Source: Eledone cirrhosa | Lineage: Eukaryota | Direction of reading: 5' to 3' | Length of the DNA: 64,000 bases | Assembly: GCA_964016885.1 (NCBI GenBank) | Contig: OZ024741.1 | Span: forward strand, 281,728,001 to 281,792,000 | Shown: piece after piece, positions 37,702 to 52,213 of the stretch | Position numbering within the stretch: the stretch's first letter is position 1 | How the letters are laid out: every line of letters starts with the position of its first letter | Translations under genes and position numbers: made by a program | Notes under the pieces: model-generated | The model's input: only the letters and a program-made list of their open reading frames with translations | Database searches by the model: none | Told to the model about the DNA's origin: nothing

Positions 37702-39434
37702 TTAACTAAACTGAAAGGAATTTGTTATATGTTTTGTTTCAAGATCACGCGTTTATAGTACTAAGTTGAAATTGTAACTTTACAGTGACATTCCAGTTTC
37801 CCAAACAAATAGGCCAAACTCTATATATACATACATTCTCAGGCTGTTAACATCATATCTCTTCCCTTTTCCACATACCCACACAAAAACAAACATACAT
37901 GAGAAAGGTTAATTCCTATGAACAAAACAACAGTTTTAGCTATCTCTTATACTTTCGGTGGAAATGTATATAGTTTCATTTATGTATTTGTTTTGCAAGA
38001 CAAGATGGAGTAAACGGATTATGATCAAAAAGTAGAGGACAGGAGACACAGAAGAATAACAAATGTCATTGAGGAGGTCACAGAATGTGTAACAAAAGAG
38101 CTTTGAGGAACTAACTAATAACTAATAATAAAGCTGAAATGAAAATTGAATTGCGTATGTGTTTTATTGGCAAAATCAGCAAAATCACCACCCCGAAATA
38201 TAACAATTTATAGTTTCAATTGTACGATAAAGATTAATGTCAATAAAAATTGGTGAAAAATTATTATTTCAACATGACTTAAAGGAAATTATTGGATGGA
38301 GCTCCATTGGCTTTCATGAGAAAGTGTTCCAGTTGTTTGATCAACAAAACAGTCTGCTCATGAAATGTGTAAGTGTCTGAGTATTCCACAGACACGTGTA
38401 CCCTTAATGTAATTCTTAGGAAGATTCAGCATGATGCAGTGTGTGACAAGGCTGGCCCATTGAATTACAGGCACAGTCCATCAAACAGGCTTCTCAATAG
38501 CTTCTGTCTACCCAATTTCATTCAAAAGGCTATGGTTCAACCCAAGAACCTAATTATTGCAAAGTAAACTGCTTAACCAATAGGCCATTCTGTGTCCATG
38601 CATCCAAGGAAATCACACACAGAATATCGGTGTATCTCATGCAACACTACATAAAAAGGAAAATCAGAGAACAAAGAACACAAGAACCTTGTTACAGGGA
38701 ACTATTACTTAGCAGTAAAAGTTCATTAATGCTTTTTCGAGAATAAATCAACTTGACAGACACAATGACCTTTTGCTAGTGAAGAACTGGAAACATGGTT
38801 ATATCATTATATATATATATATATGTATGTATGTAAGTGTATGTGTATATATATATATATATGTATATACATGTGTGTATGTATGTGTGTATGTATATAT
38901 ATATGTGTGTGTGTATATATATATATATATACACACATACATACATATACACACATATATACACATACATATGCATATATGCACACCCATGCAGCTACAC
39001 TGCAAAAGATTCTGGTTATCTGTCATCAACTTGTAACAAATATTATTGCTGCATATTGGTGGGCGAGATGCTGTACTTTGTAAAGCTGAAGGTATAAATA
39101 ATATATGTGTTCTGGGTATTGAATGTCTGATTGCTGACTGAAACAGTCTTGAGATCACAAGGCTTCATTTGACAGAGAATAGTGATGCATGGACAGATAC
39201 TCTATTGGAAGCTGGTGTGTAAAAAGAAAAAAAAACATAACATAAGAAAAAACTTTTGTTTGTCAATAGTTTCTAGACTAAATAATCAATACATTAAAAG
39301 TTAAACTTGCAAACATGCCATCCCCCAAACTTTTTTTTAACACCAAAGAACATCAAACATGAAACACCAACAACGCTCACACTGAAGAACATCAACAGAT
39401 CACACACACAGAAACAATGTTATAAAAAAAAAAA

Positions 39435-39620
39435 TATTAGGCAAAAAGCACCCAGCACACACTGTCAATGTGGTTGGCATTAGGAAGGGCATCCTGTCAT
39501 AGAAAACCAACTAGAAACGACCCTATATAAGCGAGGCACGGTCACTCGATCCAACTTGTCTACATGGGACCCGTCTAACCCATGCTGGCATGGAAGATAG
39601 ATGTTAATTGATGATGAACA
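39435..39620 (+). mobile_element. RTE-type 3' UTR and tail fragment
   Basis: GGTTGGCATTAGGAAGGGCATCC ... ACCCATGCTGGCATGG ... GATGATG. Confidence 0.75.
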
Positions 39621-39869
39621 TTCATAGTGTACATAGAAGACATAGTAAAAATATAAGAAATTATACACAAAGGACACTCAATAGATTTGGCCAAGACAAA
39701 GCGACAGAATACTAGTGTACAAACAAAATATTAGATCCCTCATGTCTGTAACTCAAACACCTCTTCTTTGTCCACTTATTCCTGACAGTTCTTTCCTTAG
39801 ATATTCTAACCATTTTCCATACTACAGGAGCTGTGATCTTTCAATGTCGGGAAGTAACAGCTCTATCTG

Positions 39870-40065
39870 TAATGACTCCCTGGTCTCCGAATTACACACA
39901 CTATTGAGTAATGTTACTCCAGAGACCCTTCAGAGGAACTCCATTTCAGTCACTTCTATTCACAATGGCATTCTCTTGGTCACTACCCAAGATTCATGAC
40001 CATTGATAAGGGTAGCCATGAATACCAAATTAAAGATAGCGAGTTTGGCTTTTAGCCCTACCTCC
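39870..40065 (-). mobile_element. Expander-like RTE ORF fragment
   Basis: Homologous to 48660-48785 and 63000-63220; minus frame gives EMEFL.RVSGVTLL. Confidence 0.65.
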
Positions 40066-40671
40066 ACAATAAATTACAACTACAAACAACATCAAATGAT
40101 ACACAACAGATTACATAGGGGAGGATGATCTTGATAATGACAGTAATTATTATCCCGCGGCCTCCGCCAAAATAGACTTAACGATAGATCTCCACGTAGG
40201 TCTTGCACTGCTTAGATCCCAAACATCAATACCAATCTCTAGCTATAACATTCAGTTAGGATTGTGTCTTCTTTGACAGATGTTGGTTTTCAAAGCAGTA
40301 AAGGAGACGCAACTTCATTTGAGGTGCAATGGCAATAACCTATAGATCTCAATCTCCTCTTTTGCATAATATTAGAAATAGAAAAACCAGAGTTTAACAA
40401 GACAAAATAAGTGGGGCCCTTGAACTGAAGTAGTAAGATGTTTACACTGGGTTTGAAAAATGTAAAACTTGAATTTGGAAGCTGAAATTTTTCAAATAAA
40501 AAAAAAAAACTACCCCATGTTCTTTATTGTTCGTCAGAATTCAAATTTTAGTAACCCAGTCTTCCAAAATACAACTAATTCTTTCTTTTGTAAGAAAAGT
40601 CAACAAGGAAAATAACACATACAACACAAAGATGATATATTAGTTTAAAGTTGAATATAGAAGGAAAAGAA

Positions 40672-40704
40672 TCTTAACATTTCGGATATTAGTCCTTCAT
40701 TGGA
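40672..40704 (-). ncRNA. Degenerate hammerhead relic, same family as 22302
   Basis: Minus strand: CCAATGA-A-GGA-CTAATA-TCC-GAAA-TGTTA, then a pyrimidine tract and AAACTAATA as at 22330-22370. Confidence 0.4.
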
Positions 40705-41907
40705 AAATAAAATGAGAAATAGAAGAGATGTTTAGGAGAGAGAAAAAGAAATATGAAAACAGATGAGAGTAAGAAAAGAAAAGAAACATGTAAAAGTTAA
40801 ACAGTCAAAGGGAGGATAAAAAAAAAATTAACAATTAACTCTTGACAGCCTTTAATAATTTAGCAGAAAATCTACAAAAAAAAGGTTTGTTAATTCAAAT
40901 GTTTATAGTATCTTTACTAGTGGGCAGATTGTGAAAATTTACAGTAAACTAAAGTAAAGAATTCAATTTTTAATGTGATACAGTTATAGTGATGTTTTGC
41001 TGATATAACATCATGTAGCACATGAAAGCCTGAGTTAAATTAAAACAAACTGTTTAGTAAAAAATGTGAATGAGGCAGGTGCTTGAAAAGGATACATTTT
41101 TGAAGGGATCAATTCAAAGTACCTGGTATTTGAAAATAGTTGCAATTTCTGAAGGGATCAGCTCAAGGTATCTGGTATTCAGAAATAGATGCAATGATAC
41201 ACGTGTGTGGATAAGTTGAAATCAAAGATAGGAAACTCTAGATAAGAAACAATTATTTTCAGCAATTAAAAATATACTTTATAATAATTTGATCCTTTTA
41301 CATATCCCATAGGTTCCATGAGCCATAATTAATTCCTGTTTCTAAAAATATTAATCAGATAAGAGATAACTCTCGATTTGGATAGGATTTTAGTGTAACC
41401 TGAGTAATTTACTCAAAAAGGTCTGATATATGTTCTCCAGGTAACTTAACTGAAAATAAGTATTAAATAAACCTATCTTTACAGCACAGAACATTCAAGT
41501 GCATGGTATAGCATGGCAGAATGATTAGGAAATTTACTTTGCAATCATTTAGTCCTGTGTTCAATCCTTACTGAATGGGATTTTGGATAAATGTCATTTA
41601 CCATAGCTACAGGTTGACCGGTGTCCAATGAGAGAAATTAAGTAAAGCCTGTCAAATGGACCGTACCTGTAATTCAAAGAAAAGGTTAACCTTGACACAC
41701 AGTGCATCACAATGAATCTCCCTGAGAATTACATTATGGATACAGGTTTCTGTGGAATGCTCAGCCACTTGCACATTAATTTCATGAGTAGGCTGTCCAA
41801 CTGGAACACTCATCATTGAAACTGACAGAGCATTGATTTCACTGACAGAGTTATATCAAGAAAATATAAAATATTAAATTATTAGAAACACACACTCACA
41901 AATAATG

Positions 41908-42115
41908 CTTTCTGATTTAGGCTCAATGCCAAGAATTTTGCTGAAGGGGAAGTCGATTTAATCAACCCCAGTGCATTACTGGTACTTTATTTTATCAACC
42001 CCCTTACGGATAAAAGGCAAAGCTAACCTCAGCAGGATTTAAACTCAGAATGTAAAGGGTCATAACTATATGCTGCAAAGCAATGTTGCCCAATGCTCTA
42101 CCAATACTGCCAATC
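41908..42115 (-). mobile_element. Family A SINE with ~17-bp TSD
   Basis: CACACTCACAAATAATG at 41891-41907 and 42116-42132. Confidence 0.9.
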
Positions 42116-43179
42116 CACACTCACAAATAATGAAATCTTACAAGTATTTTTCATCCATCTTTGATAATATGACTTTCCTGAGAATCTATATCTTGGATGA
42201 GAGAATTCTTTATATCCGACTAAACCTATCTCATAAATCATGAGTGCTATAGAATATATAGTAAGTTAATGACAAGCTGACTGTAAATTGATTCTATGAA
42301 ATAACTTTTTCAATTCACCACAAAAGTTATGAACACCATACATTCTATTTCCCCCTCCTTTTAACATCTTAGGTTTCAAGCTTATCAGAAATATGTTATT
42401 AGAAAATTAATCTACTGAACTTACTCTAAAGTACTGATCATATCTAAATTTGTCCATTATTATTATTGTTAATCTTATTTTTATTACATATCATCCCAGC
42501 ATTACCAAGTACAGCTCTACATTCCTGGGACATGTGCAGTGCTGTTTTTGGTGTTATTTCTACCAAATGACTAAGTTCCTCAAAATTCTTTATTATTTGA
42601 AGATCATAGGAGCATCTTTTATCAGAAATATGGCAACAAAAGGGTTAAAGCCTTTAAAATATAAAATTGGAAATTTCAAAAAAATCTTACAACCATTGAA
42701 ATTTGGAATAATGTTTTTCCAAAGAAAAGTTCAAAAGCTTATCTAAATTGTAGATTATTTTGTTTTGTTTTTGTAATTAAGAAGAAAAGAATAATTTAAT
42801 TAGAATCTTAGGTATAATCTTGACAAAATAATTTCAACAAGAAAAATAGTATTTTGATTGTGCAACTAAATTAAGGAACCAGTACATGTGTGATATAATT
42901 CAGTATTTACATCAATGCACATAAATACTTCCATACTTTTTATTTATTTTTCCTACAATTTCAGCTGCATATAAATGTGCAGGCTTATATTAAACATTAT
43001 CTTATCTTAAAAATATAGTGTAATAAATTTGTTTCTTAGAATTTGATATTCATTTATCATATACATAGCAGCACACGTAATGCAATTAACTTTAAATGTT
43101 TCACAAATAGTTACCATATTTGACAGCTTATAAGATGCATGGGCTTATAAGACAAACCTCAATTTGGGAAGGCATTTAA

Positions 43180-45821
43180 CCCTTTAGCATTTACATTACT
43201 CTATATATATCATCATCAACGTTTAACGTCCGTGTTCCATGCTTGCATGGGTTTGGACGAGGGTAGTCCCACTTGAGGCAAGAGTGATTGTCTTGCTCGC
43301 ATAGGACTGTCTGGCAGGTTTTCTACAGTTGGATGCCCTTCCTAACACCAACCACATTTACAGTGTGGGTCTGGGAGGTTTTTACCGTGTTGCCTACACG
43401 GCCACATTACAGCGTGGACTGTGTGTTTTTTTGTCGTGACACCTACACGATCTCATTTGTTTCGGCCTGGATGGTGTGGCACCAACATAACTTTACATAG
43501 AACGGGGTGGTGTGGATGGGGCGGGGGGGGGGGGGGGTATTTTGTTAGAGATGCCTACTGGCTGTAGTAGATTTTACTATGTATTTAGGTAAGGCGGGTC
43601 TTCTCTGTTACTGAGTACCACCAAAGGTCTCGGTCCAGTGACATTGTCTTGGAGAGGTGTAAGTGTGTGAGGTCGGAGTTTATCAGCTCGTCCCAGGTTT
43701 TTCTAGGTCTGCCTATTCCGTGGCTACCGTCTATCTTTATTGCCCTGCACTTTGTTATACAGCTATCGACTTTCATGCGCATCACGTGTCCATACCAACG
43801 TAGCCTTCTCTTGAGTAAACAACATCTGATCCCTCTTATTTCTAATTTTTTCCTTAGTTCGTTTATGCTTTGCCGTTCACGTATATTACTGTTACACATC
43901 CAGCGGAGCATGCAAGCTTCGTTCCTCTCTAGTCTGCGTATATCCTCTGCACACAATGCCCAGGTCTCACTGCCATGCAACATTGCTGTTTGTATGCAGG
44001 CATCGTACAACCTGCCTTTCATTTTTAGGGAGAACCCTTTAGCAGCTAATAGTGGTATAAGCTCTCTGAACTTTTTCCAACCAGTTCTGACTCTAGCTAC
44101 TGTACTTTCAGAGCACCCTCCCCCACTGCTAATTTTATCACCCAGGTAACGGAAACTGTCCACTATTTCTATAGAACCCTCTGCGCAATTGAAAGAGCTA
44201 GTATTTTGTGGGCACTTGCTGCTACTTATTGCACCAGAGCACCGGCCACATGTAAAATCTATGTTCTTAGTTAACTTACCTGTGATCCCACTACATCTTT
44301 TATGCACCCATACTTTGCATTTAGGACATAAAATGGAGTTTCTACCTACGCCTTTCCTACACACCGAGCATGACCATTTCCCAGAAGGGACCGCCGCCTT
44401 ATTTTCTTTCCTACAAACTAGAACTTTAGTCTTAGCCAGGTTAATTTTAAGTCCTTTTGATTCTAGGCCGTGCTTCCATGTTTGGAATTTCTTTTCTAGC
44501 TCGGCCATTGATTCCGCTAAGAGTGTCAGGTCGTCTGCGTATAGGAGTTCCCATGGGCAGCCGGTCTTGAACTCCTCTGTTATAGCCTGAAGGGCAATAA
44601 TAAATAGTAGGGGGCTGAGAACAGAGCCCTGATGGACGCCAACTTTTACGCTAAACTCTTCACTATATTCGTTGTTAATTCTAACCTTGCTGACTGTTTC
44701 TTTATACATGGCTTGTATAGCTCTCACAAGCCATTCGTCAATGCCTAGTTTTCTAAGAGCCCACCAGATAATGGAGCGGGGGAACTCTGTCGAAGGCTTT
44801 CTCCAAGTCGACAAAAGCTAAGTAGAGGGGTTTACCTTTAGCTAGGTACTTCTCCTGTAGTTGTCGTACAATGAAAAGAGCGTCTGTGGTACTTTTGCCT
44901 GACACAAACCCGAACTGCATTTCATCTAGGTCAATTCTCTCTCTGATTAGTTGTGCTATTACTTTTTCCGTGACCTTCATGACCTGGTCGATTAATTTAA
45001 TGCCTCTATAGTTACTCCTATCTAGGGCGTCTCCTTTACCCTTATAACAGTTAACGATGATGCTGCTATGCCAGTCCTTCGGAACAACCCCATTCTGTAC
45101 GACTTGGTTAACTATGCGGGTGACCATGGTGTGTCCCACCGTGCCAGATGCCTTCAGCATCTCAGCAACTATTTCCGAAGTCCCAGCCGCCTTACCCGTC
45201 TTCATATCCTTGATTGCCTTACTTATTATACTCCCCTCGACTAACACTGCTGGTCCCTCTATTGGGTCGATATGGGGGAGACTGTCTTTCTCCCATTTAT
45301 TCTCCTCATTTAGTAGCCTTTCATAGTGACACTTCCAAGCTACCTTCTTATCAGCATCGGTGATGGCAAGTATGCCATCATCGTTAAGTACACACTTCTC
45401 CCCGACAATATCACGGTTTTCCTTGACGCATTGCCTAGCAATCCTGAACACCTCACGTTTTTGGTCATCCCGTTGTAGAACATGCTTGAACTTTCTTTCC
45501 TCAGCTTCCCTTCTTGCTAAGTACACTTGTCTCCTAGCTTCCCTCCTGGCCACTTGATAGTCTTCTCTACCTCCCCCATCCCGCCATACTTTCCAAGCCT
45601 GCTTTTTGGCCTTAATTGACCCCTCCACCTTACTATATATTTACTATTGTATTTTCCCGGTAAAGGCTTTATCTCCCATAATATTGAATCTACAAGATTT
45701 TGATGTTATTTATTTTGAGAACAATACCTTAACATCAGTATGAGTGGCTAGTTACGGCCAGTTTGAACAAAAAGAGGTGAGAGAATTCTGGGCAGATATG
45801 GCCAGTTTAAACGCTAAAGGG
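43180..45821. mobile_element. piggyBac-like MITE (family P2) interrupted by an RTE LINE
   Basis: TTAA-CCCTTTAGC ... GCTAAAGGG-TTAA. Confidence 0.85.
43209..45632 (-). mobile_element. RTE-clade LINE, 5'-truncated, long 3' UTR
   Basis: ORFs 44753-45628 and 43585-44814 are joined by one frameshift; NYRGIKL, QFGF, YADD and PHD-like finger; TSD CTATATAT at 43201-43208 and 45633-45640. Confidence 0.95.
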
Positions 45822-45987
45822 TTAAAATAATGAATAAATAAATGGATTTAAACTATGAATGTCAGATGAAGTGTATAAAGTTTGTACATTGTATTTTTTT
45901 TTTTATTATCATTCTACATCGTAATTCTAGTTGTAATATTTTAGTACATTTTTTTTAAACATAAGGAAATGTAAAAACTTAATTTAA

Positions 45988-46192
45988 CCCATTAGCATTT
46001 ACATTACAATTATATGTTCATGGTAAAGGCTTTACCTCATAATTATCTCAAATAATATTGAATCTATGAAATTTTGATATTTATTTTAAAAACAATACTT
46101 TAACATCAGTATGAGTGGCTGGTTACAGCCATTTTGAACAGAAAGAGGAGAGAGAATTCTAGCTGGATACAGCTGGTTTAAATGCTAAAGGG
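45988..46192. mobile_element. piggyBac-like MITE (P2), intact
   Basis: TTAA at 45984-45987 and 46193-46196; CCCATTAGCATTT and AAATGCTAAAGGG TIRs. Confidence 0.85.
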
Positions 46193-46884
46193 TTAAGGGC
46201 CACTGCAGCACTAGAATTCCACAAGCCAGTAACCCAAACGGACCCTTGACCTTATAAGACACGGGGTGATTTTCTGAGATATTTTAGGGTAAAAAAAGTG
46301 CGCCTTATAAGCTGTCAACTACATCAGCATAACAGTGTGACAAGGCTGACTTCTTGAGTTACAGATACAGTCTGCTTAATTCCAATCACAAGTCATCAAA
46401 TACTGTATATATTTATAAACTAGTGGACCCATGCCATCAATAATAAAAGAAATAGCATTGGACCTATTTAGTATTTGGAGTCCATGATTGGTATGTCATA
46501 TATATCAGGATTACTGGATATATGAACAATCATAGAAACTGGGAGATTTGAGTTTTGATAAATTTATGGTTTGCATAAGAGAAACCCAAAAGTTTAGGCT
46601 TATTTTAATAATTTATTTCTAGCATATAATTAGATAAATGTTCAGCATGTATGTACAAATGACATACAGGATTAAATGTATGAGTAACTTTAGAGATATA
46701 AATATTTATAGAGACAAATGTAGAGTTAAAAATCTATGACCTTGTGATAGGAAAGTGAACTTATTGTAGCAACATGACTGACACAGGAAATGCACTATGT
46801 ATTTTTGTGTGTAAATTTTAAAGTTACAGATTGATACACACACACAAGGCATATTATTATGGTTGACAATGTGGACATTGAAGG

Positions 46885-47097
46885 GCAGTGCATTGGCAGA
46901 TTTAGTGGAGTGTTGGATAAAATGCCAGTGCAAGCTTTGTTCTAGCTCTTTACTTTCTGAATTCAAATTCCGCTAAGGTCAACTTTACCTTTCAATTTTT
47001 CTTCGCTGATAAAATAAAGTAGCAGTCAAATACTGAGGTTGATTTAATCAACTTTGCTCTTCCCCTAAATTTGCTGGCTTTGTGCCTAAATTAGAAA
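46885..47097 (+). mobile_element. Family A SINE
   Basis: Head, core and TAGAAA tail present. Confidence 0.8.
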
Positions 47098-48399
47098 TGA
47101 ATATAATGAAAGCATAGAAATGTCTGGTATGCATTTCTTTACCATAATTCTTGAACAGTATCATTCTGTATAAGACAAACAATTAGTAAAATTGTTTATT
47201 TTCTATAATAGTTCTCAGTTGTGTGTATAAGCTGTAACCACACGAGTAAGGTTACACTAAGAAAGTGATGGGAAAACTTTTCAATCTGAAAGATTATTCT
47301 TAGCTTTAAAAAACATGAGAGTATCAGAGCCACATCATTTATTTATATACAAGAAAACATTAAGTTAGCTAATTTCTTCTTACTCAATGTGATTTTTAGC
47401 TTTAAATCTTATCTGAAATGCATAAGTGTCAAGGTTATAAATTGCAGATTTAATGAAATTTAAAAAAAAATTAAAAAAATCAGAGCACCTAGGATATACT
47501 GAGATAGGCTGAAGCAGTGATTCACAAACTGCTCCAGAGCGAACAAACTCATAATACTTACTTTCTCATACAGTATATTATCATAAACACTAGTTGTTTA
47601 TTTCAGCTCTTTTCATACCAATCCATATAAAACTGCTTCTGATTTTTATTTAAATTAAAATCTTCCAACATCATTTTATATAAGAACCATATAAGTAAAA
47701 CTATCTTAGTAATGAAATAATTAATTTTAGTAAATCCCTCATTAATTAATTGAAATAGAGTGTATTTCACTAAAAATATGGTCACAAAAAGGCTAACAGC
47801 ATCAAATTTGGGGAAAGGGCAAAATTGGTTAAATCAACCCCAGTACATGACTGGTACTTTGTCTTTCATTCTTTCCGGGCTGATAAAATAAAGTTGACAA
47901 TGGCAGGATTTGAACTTAGAATGCAAAGAGCTAGAACAAATATCATAATGGCATTTTATCTGATGGCCCACTAATTGTGCCAACCCATCATCCTTTACGA
48001 GAAAATAAAATTGTCTAATACTTTTTATGTTGTATTTTCCAAATGTTCTTATGTTTTGAGTGAACAGCTCTGAAAGTACTAGATATTTATAAGAATTTCT
48101 CTTTTGAGTTTTAATGGCAGGATATATCAACAACATAACTTACATATAAATACGAAATATATTTTTATTACGTAAACGCCACATATTAAAATGTTCCTTG
48201 TCTACTTGGAGCCATAATTTAACCCTTTCACTACCATACCTCCAGTGGAAGACACTGTCTATGATTCATAAGTACTTTATCAACTGGTATTTGAAACAAT
48301 GTGATAAGGTTCTTACCTAAAATTATGATAGCTTTTAGATAAAGATATCTATACCAACTGCCAGGTCTTACACTTAAAACTCCAAAGCTTTCTATCTTC

Positions 48400-48785
48400 T
48401 TCTTTGCCCATTTATTCCTGAGAGGGTCGTGATGGCAGAGTCCTTAATCACACCTTCCAGTGAGTCCTGTTAGAAGCAACCATCTCTAACTGATCCAGCT
48501 GGATTCCTAAATGAGACCAACTGTTATCCAACCATCTTGCTCGGGGTCTACCCCTGGGTCTCCTGTCAGTTGGTTTTGTCCATAAAATTTGTCCAGCAAT
48601 TCTTTCCTGAGATATCAAGCCCATAGTGTCAGCGGTGTGATCTCTCAATTCAGAGAAGTAGTGGCTCTACCTGGAGTCACTCTTCGAGCTACACACACTA
48701 TCGAGTAACGTTACTCCATTTCAGCCGCTTGTATTTGCGATCATATTTTTTCGATCATTACCCAAGATTCATGATCATAGGTAAA
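48400..48785 (-). mobile_element. Expander-like RTE 3' end inside a P1 MITE
   Basis: QERIAGQILWTKPTDRRPRGRPRARWLD; homologous to 62740-63300. Confidence 0.75.
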
Positions 48786-49554
48786 CTTTCTATTTACCAT
48801 CAGTATTCTGAGCTCACCCATAGAATCTATCAATCTATCTATGCCAACTGCCAGGTCACCCATCTTTTATTACACTTGCCCTCCAAAGCTCTCTATCCAT
48901 CATTCTGATCTCTCCCACACTATCCACTCTGGTATCTTCCAACAGTTTATCAATGTAATTTCTTTTCCTTCTACCCCTGTTTGTGTATCTATCTAATGAT
49001 TCCTACAAGATCACTAGCTACCTCCTCATGGTGACAAACACAGTGACTGGCAAATTTCATTCTCCACTGTTTTCTTTTCTTTTCTTAAATCAGTTTTGTA
49101 TCAGAGAACTAGGGGCATTTCAGGTGGTTTGATATCAAATGGGTTAAAAAAAGTGTTGTGATTTGAACCTCTGTGTTTTGACTCACAAAGATAATTGTTT
49201 CTACATTTTGCACACGGCCAGCAATTTGAAGGGATGGGAAAAGCTAATTAAATTGACCCCAGTGCATTACTAATACTTTATTTCATCAAATTCCACATTA
49301 AGATGAAAGGCAAAGCTAACCTCTGTGGGATTTGAACTCAGAATGTAAAGGGCCATAACTATATACCGCAAGGCATGTTGTCCGACGCTCTATTGATACT
49401 GTCAACTTCAGATATTTATGTTGTCCGACGCTCTATTGACTCTGTTCAACTTCAGATATTTAATAATATAGAAAACTAAGTGAATAAATGAGATCATAGA
49501 AATGGTCAACAGGCAAAAAACAAGTAGTAGGTAGATGTGAGACAAGAAAATCAA

Positions 49555-49710
49555 ATCAGCATCATCACCAAAAACAATATCAACACCAACAATATCAACA
49601 TCAACAATATCAACACCAACAATATTAACACCAACAATATTAACACCAACAATATTAACATCATCAAAAACAACAAAAACACCATCATCAACATCATCAT
49701 CATCAACAAT
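49555..49710. repeat. AAC/ATC trinucleotide-based repeat
   Basis: Direct reading. Confidence 0.9.
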
Positions 49711-50177
49711 GTGTGTAAATCAGTCACAGCTCAGCTCAACTAACCAACTTCCTCTGGTGACAAATTAAGGACCAAAATCTACAAAACTGTGTAATCATGA
49801 CAACCTTCATGACAGTTAAAGTTCAAGTAGTACTAAGTTAAGTTAACACATCAAAAAGGTAAGAAATAAACAAAACATTTGAGAATCTACATAATTACAA
49901 TATGAAATCTTAAAAAAACAATAACAAAAAAATACTGAAGTGGTTAACTTGAGAAGCATTGGGATAATTTCAAATGTGTGTCCCATGTAAATGAGCATAA
50001 AAATAATAATAGTCAGTCCTATAAATAATAGTTGAGAAAAATCAGGTAAAGTATCCCTGAAGACTTGAAAGATATAGACAAAGCTGGTTGCAAGGAATCA
50101 AACCCTGCAGTCAGAAATGCCTGTGAGAAATCGATCCTTCCCCACACACACATACGCACCAACAACAACAACAACAA

Positions 50178-50978
50178 TAATTGTTTCTACTTTTGGCACA
50201 AGGCCAGCAATAACTCAGTACATGACTGATACTTTATTTTATCGACCCTGTAAGGATGAAAGGCAAAGTTAACCTCGGCGGGATTTGAACTCAGAATGGA
50301 AAGGGCCGTAACTATGCGTCAAAGTATGGCGTCCGACCCTCTACCGATACTGCCAATCCACGAATGGTTTCTAATTTAGGCACAAAGCCATGTATTTGGG
50401 GGTGGGGTAAATCCAGTAAATCGAACCCAGTGGCGTTACTGGTACTTTATTTTATTGACCTCGTAAGGATTGAAGACAAAGCTAACCTCAGCAGGATTTG
50501 AACCTAGAACTTAAATGGCCATAACTATGCCACAAAGCATGTCTGACGCTCTACCAATACTGCCAATCCACTGCCCTAAAAACAATAATAATTTCTACTA
50601 AAGGCACAATGCCAGCAATTTTGGGGGAGGTGAAAGTTGATTAAATTGACCCTTGTGTATTACTGGTGCTTAATTTTATCGACCACATAAGGATGAAAGG
50701 CAAAGCTAACCTCGGCAGGATTTGAACTCAGAATGTAGAGGGTTGTAACTCCATGCTGCAAAGCATGTCCGATGCTCGGCCAATACTGCCAATCCACCAC
50801 CCTAATAATAATAGTAATAATTGTTTCTACTTTTGGCACAAGGCCAGAAATTATCCCAGTGCATTACTGGTACTTTATTTTATCGACCCCATAAGGCAAA
50901 GTTAACTCAGACCGTAAGGGACTGTAACTATGCTGCAAAGCATGGTGTCTGACCCTCTACCGATACTGCCAATCCACT
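50178..50978 (-). mobile_element. Four head-to-tail family A SINEs
   Basis: Four consecutive copies, each ending GCCAATCCAC on the plus strand. Confidence 0.92.
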
Positions 50979-51691
50979 ACACATAGTAATAATGGTAGTG
51001 ATGGTGGTAGTGGTAATTCTCCACCTTTATATTTACGTTAGATTTGTCTTTAAAAACAATTTACAAAGACAAGAGGATGGTGTGTCTAAATTGCAGAGAA
51101 ATCTTCACAAATTGCCACCTTAAACATATGCTACCACTTTAGATATCCATTCTCTTGAGACTCTATACATTCATTTGCTTCAGCTGTATTAAATATTAAA
51201 TATTAAGAATATAAAATACAAAGCAATGCTGTATATATTTATTGTCCAGTCTGCACCACTGGTTAATGAATTCTAGATGTCAATAAATGATTATGACTGC
51301 ACCAAAATTGAACGAGGGCATGATAGTTTGAATTGTAATAACATAATTGTCAGCTGTACATATTCTCTGAGTTTATAACCACAAAGCACTTATGACAAAA
51401 CTCTCTCTCTCTCTCTCTCTGTATACATATATCTGTATGTGGTTGACAGCTGAGAGAAAAGAGTACTCAATACTGAAGTAGGGTTTAAATATTCATTTTA
51501 TTATGGTTAAATGATGAGACTTGTTATTCTAGAGTTTCGCCTGTTTATCACACACCATATATAGATTCACGCACACACACACACTATAATTATGATACAT
51601 ATACATACACATTCAAAAAAAGGTGGGTAAAGTCAACAGTAAAATGGACAAAACACAGGACAGTCCCTTCTCATCAGTCAACCTCTGGAGG

Positions 51692-51730
<39 letters not shown>

Positions 51731-51859
51731 TATGATTTATTTATATATATGTAGTATGAATTACAGAATGGTTATTTGTTAGTTGCATGAAACTTATGTC
51801 CTGTTACATAACTAAGAAATATTTTCAAAAGCAAAATAAACTATAATAATAATAATAGA

Positions 51860-52213
51860 TTCGGATTTTAGGCACAAGGCCAACAATTTGGGAGGAGTGG
51901 GGAAAGTTGATTAAATCTACCCCAGTGAGTTACTGGTGCTTTATTTTAGACCCCGTAAGGATGAAAGGCAAAGCTAACCTCGGCAGGATTTGAATTCATA
52001 ATGGTTTATAATTTAAACACAAGGTCAACAATTTGGGGAGAGGGGAATGTCAATTAAATTGACCCTAGTGTGTTACTGGTACTTTATTTTATTGATCCTG
52101 TAAGGATGGATGGCAAAGCTAAGCTCGGTGGGATTTGAACTCAGAACATAAAGAGCCATAACTCTATACTGTGAAGCATGGTGTCCAATGCTCTACTGAT
52201 TCTGCCAATCCAT
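51860..52213 (-). mobile_element. Two tandem family A SINEs
   Basis: Core and tail repeated. Confidence 0.85.

Larger units (their letters stand above)
43112..46320. mobile_element. pogo/Tigger-like MITE hosting nested insertions
   Basis: Its pieces reassemble to the uninterrupted copy at 53677-54037. Confidence 0.75.
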
